A program made the translations under genes and the position numbers. Positions 62,868 to 64,000 of a stretch of 64,000 bases of DNA are shown piece by piece. Location: positions 1,856,001 through 1,920,000 of the forward strand of contig CAVTTN010000002.1 of assembly GCA_963737655.1 (NCBI GenBank), written 5' to 3'. The notes under the pieces are model-generated. The model saw only the letters and a list, made by a program, of their open reading frames with translations. It had not been told where the DNA came from and did no database searches. Origin of the DNA: an uncultured Planctomycetota bacterium (GTDB lineage: Bacteria; Planctomycetota; Planctomycetia; Isosphaerales; Isosphaeraceae). The number at the start of each line of letters is the position of its first letter. Position 1 is the first letter of the stretch.

Positions 62868-63794
62868 ATGGCGATCAGTTTCGCGAACCTCCAGAAGTTC
62901 CTCATGAAGGGGCTCATGCCCACGCTCCAGGCCCTCCCGCCGAGGGCCGCGATCCGGCTCGTCGCCGAGGTCGGCCGCCGGGAATTCGACCTGAACCTCC
63001 ACCGCCGCTGGACCTACTCGGCCGCCGTGAAGCGAGGCGCCGCCCACTTCGGCGCCGACTGGAAGGCCGACCGAGTCGCCCGAGAGCTCGCCGCCAACCA
63101 GCTCCGCTGGAGGGCCCGAGACGTCCTGATCGAACGCCTCGGAGACGACGAGGTCGGCCGGTTCCTCCGCGTCTCCGGCTCCGAGCATTTCGAAGCCGCG
63201 TTCGCCCGGAAGAAGGGCGTGATCCTCCTGTTCAACCACTTCGGCGCCTTCCTGATGCCGGCCCACTGGATCGTCCGGCACGGTTACCCCCTGCGATGGT
63301 TCACCGAGAGGCCCCGGCACGTCTCGAACCTCCTCTCGCGAGACTTCGGCGACGACGGCCCCCTGGGCCAGCGCCGCCTGTTCATCTCGCGGAGACTCTC
63401 CCCGAAGGAAGGCTCCACGGCCGTCCGCCGGGCGGTCCGGGTGATCGAGGCGGGGATGGTCGTCCAGCTCGCCGGAGACGTCCGCTGGGGAGGTGCGAGG
63501 ACCGCCCCCGGGACGTTCCTCGGCCGGAATTACCAGTTCACGACGACCTGGGTCACGCTCGCCGCGATGACCGGGGCGCCGGTCGTCCCGGCCTTCTGCG
63601 TGATGACCCGGGACGGCAAGTACGACCTCGAATTCCTCCCCGAGCTCGACGTTCCCAGGACCGCCACCCGGCCCGACGAGGCCGCCCCGTTCGTCCAGAA
63701 GAACCTCGACGAGATCGAGACGCGGGTGAAACTCCACCCCGAGAACAGCCTCGACTACTTCTTCTGGACCGACACCGACCGCTGGGCGGCGTAA
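62868..63794 (+). CDS. LpxL/HtrB-like lipid acyltransferase (tandem paralogue)
   Basis: KKGVILLFNHFG, QLAGDV, LAAMTGAPVVPAF and HPENSLDYFFW; GAGGAG RBS. Confidence 0.8.
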   Translation: MAISFANLQKFLMKGLMPTLQALPPRAAIRLVAEVGRREFDLNLHRRWTYSAAVKRGAAHFGADWKADRVARELAANQLRWRARDVLIERLGDDEVGRFLRVSGSEHFEAAFARKKGVILLFNHFGAFLMPAHWIVRHGYPLRWFTERPRHVSNLLSRDFGDDGPLGQRRLFISRRLSPKEGSTAVRRAVRVIEAGMVVQLAGDVRWGGARTAPGTFLGRNYQFTTTWVTLAAMTGAPVVPAFCVMTRDGKYDLEFLPELDVPRTATRPDEAAPFVQKNLDEIETRVKLHPENSLDYFFWTDTDRWAA

Positions 63795-63855
63795 GGTGCA
63801 TGAAATGCACCATCTTCCTGATTGAACACAAGATGGTGCATTTCATGCACCCTAC
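63791..63855. repeat. GTAG-type REP doublet
   Basis: GTAAGGTGCATGAAATGCACCATCTT ... AAGATGGTGCATTTCATGCACCCTAC. Confidence 0.9.
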
Positions 63856-64000
63856 GTGGGTCGTGACCAATCCCCGGACTGGCCTTGCCCGCTCCGCCCA
63901 TCCGGGGTAAACCACGCCCCCCGGCGGTCGGCCGAGGGAGGGAGGCCGAAGGGATGTCGGATCGGGTCGTTTCGTCGGGTCGTCGCGTCCTGAACCTCTG

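Overview
High-GC bacterial DNA whose gene content points to Planctomycetota, probably Isosphaeraceae-like (inference from the ECF sigma/Ser-Thr kinase pair, WD40-caspase proteins, prenyltransferase-repeat protein and Uma2 expansion). Left to right: (1) a polymorphic toxin locus at 8-7071; (2) a cobalamin-riboswitch-led cobN / ChlD-like chelatase / cobO cluster interrupted by an Mrr-like nuclease gene pair; (3) two convergent exported WD40 + caspase-like proteins and a kinase-FGE protein; (4) a vgrG-DUF6931-PAAR-effector T6SS auxiliary cluster; (5) kinases, an ECF sigma factor and an NtrC-type regulator; (6) a prkA(yeaG)-yeaH-spoVR operon carrying inserted Uma2 genes and a DUF3800 gene with a cis-antisense small RNA; (7) an ExbB-like/prenyltransferase-repeat cluster, an FAH-family gene and a fabF-ACP-two-acyltransferase cluster. 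The best candidate for a new system is the toxin locus. Its Hint (bacterial intein-like) domain appears split: the first ~15 residues (CFVAGTQVLMGEDDG) sit near the end of a large Ala-rich carrier, just before a membrane anchor. The rest of the Hint domain is found twice, in two separately initiated membrane-anchored proteins that each end in a different nuclease-like toxin followed by a candidate immunity gene. This suggests interchangeable toxin tips attached or released in trans. Caveat: five other genes show single-base indels in short G/C runs that look like sequencing errors, and one extra C near 3421 would fuse the carrier to the first cassette, so the split must be checked against reads. 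All family assignments are from motif recognition only; no searches were run.
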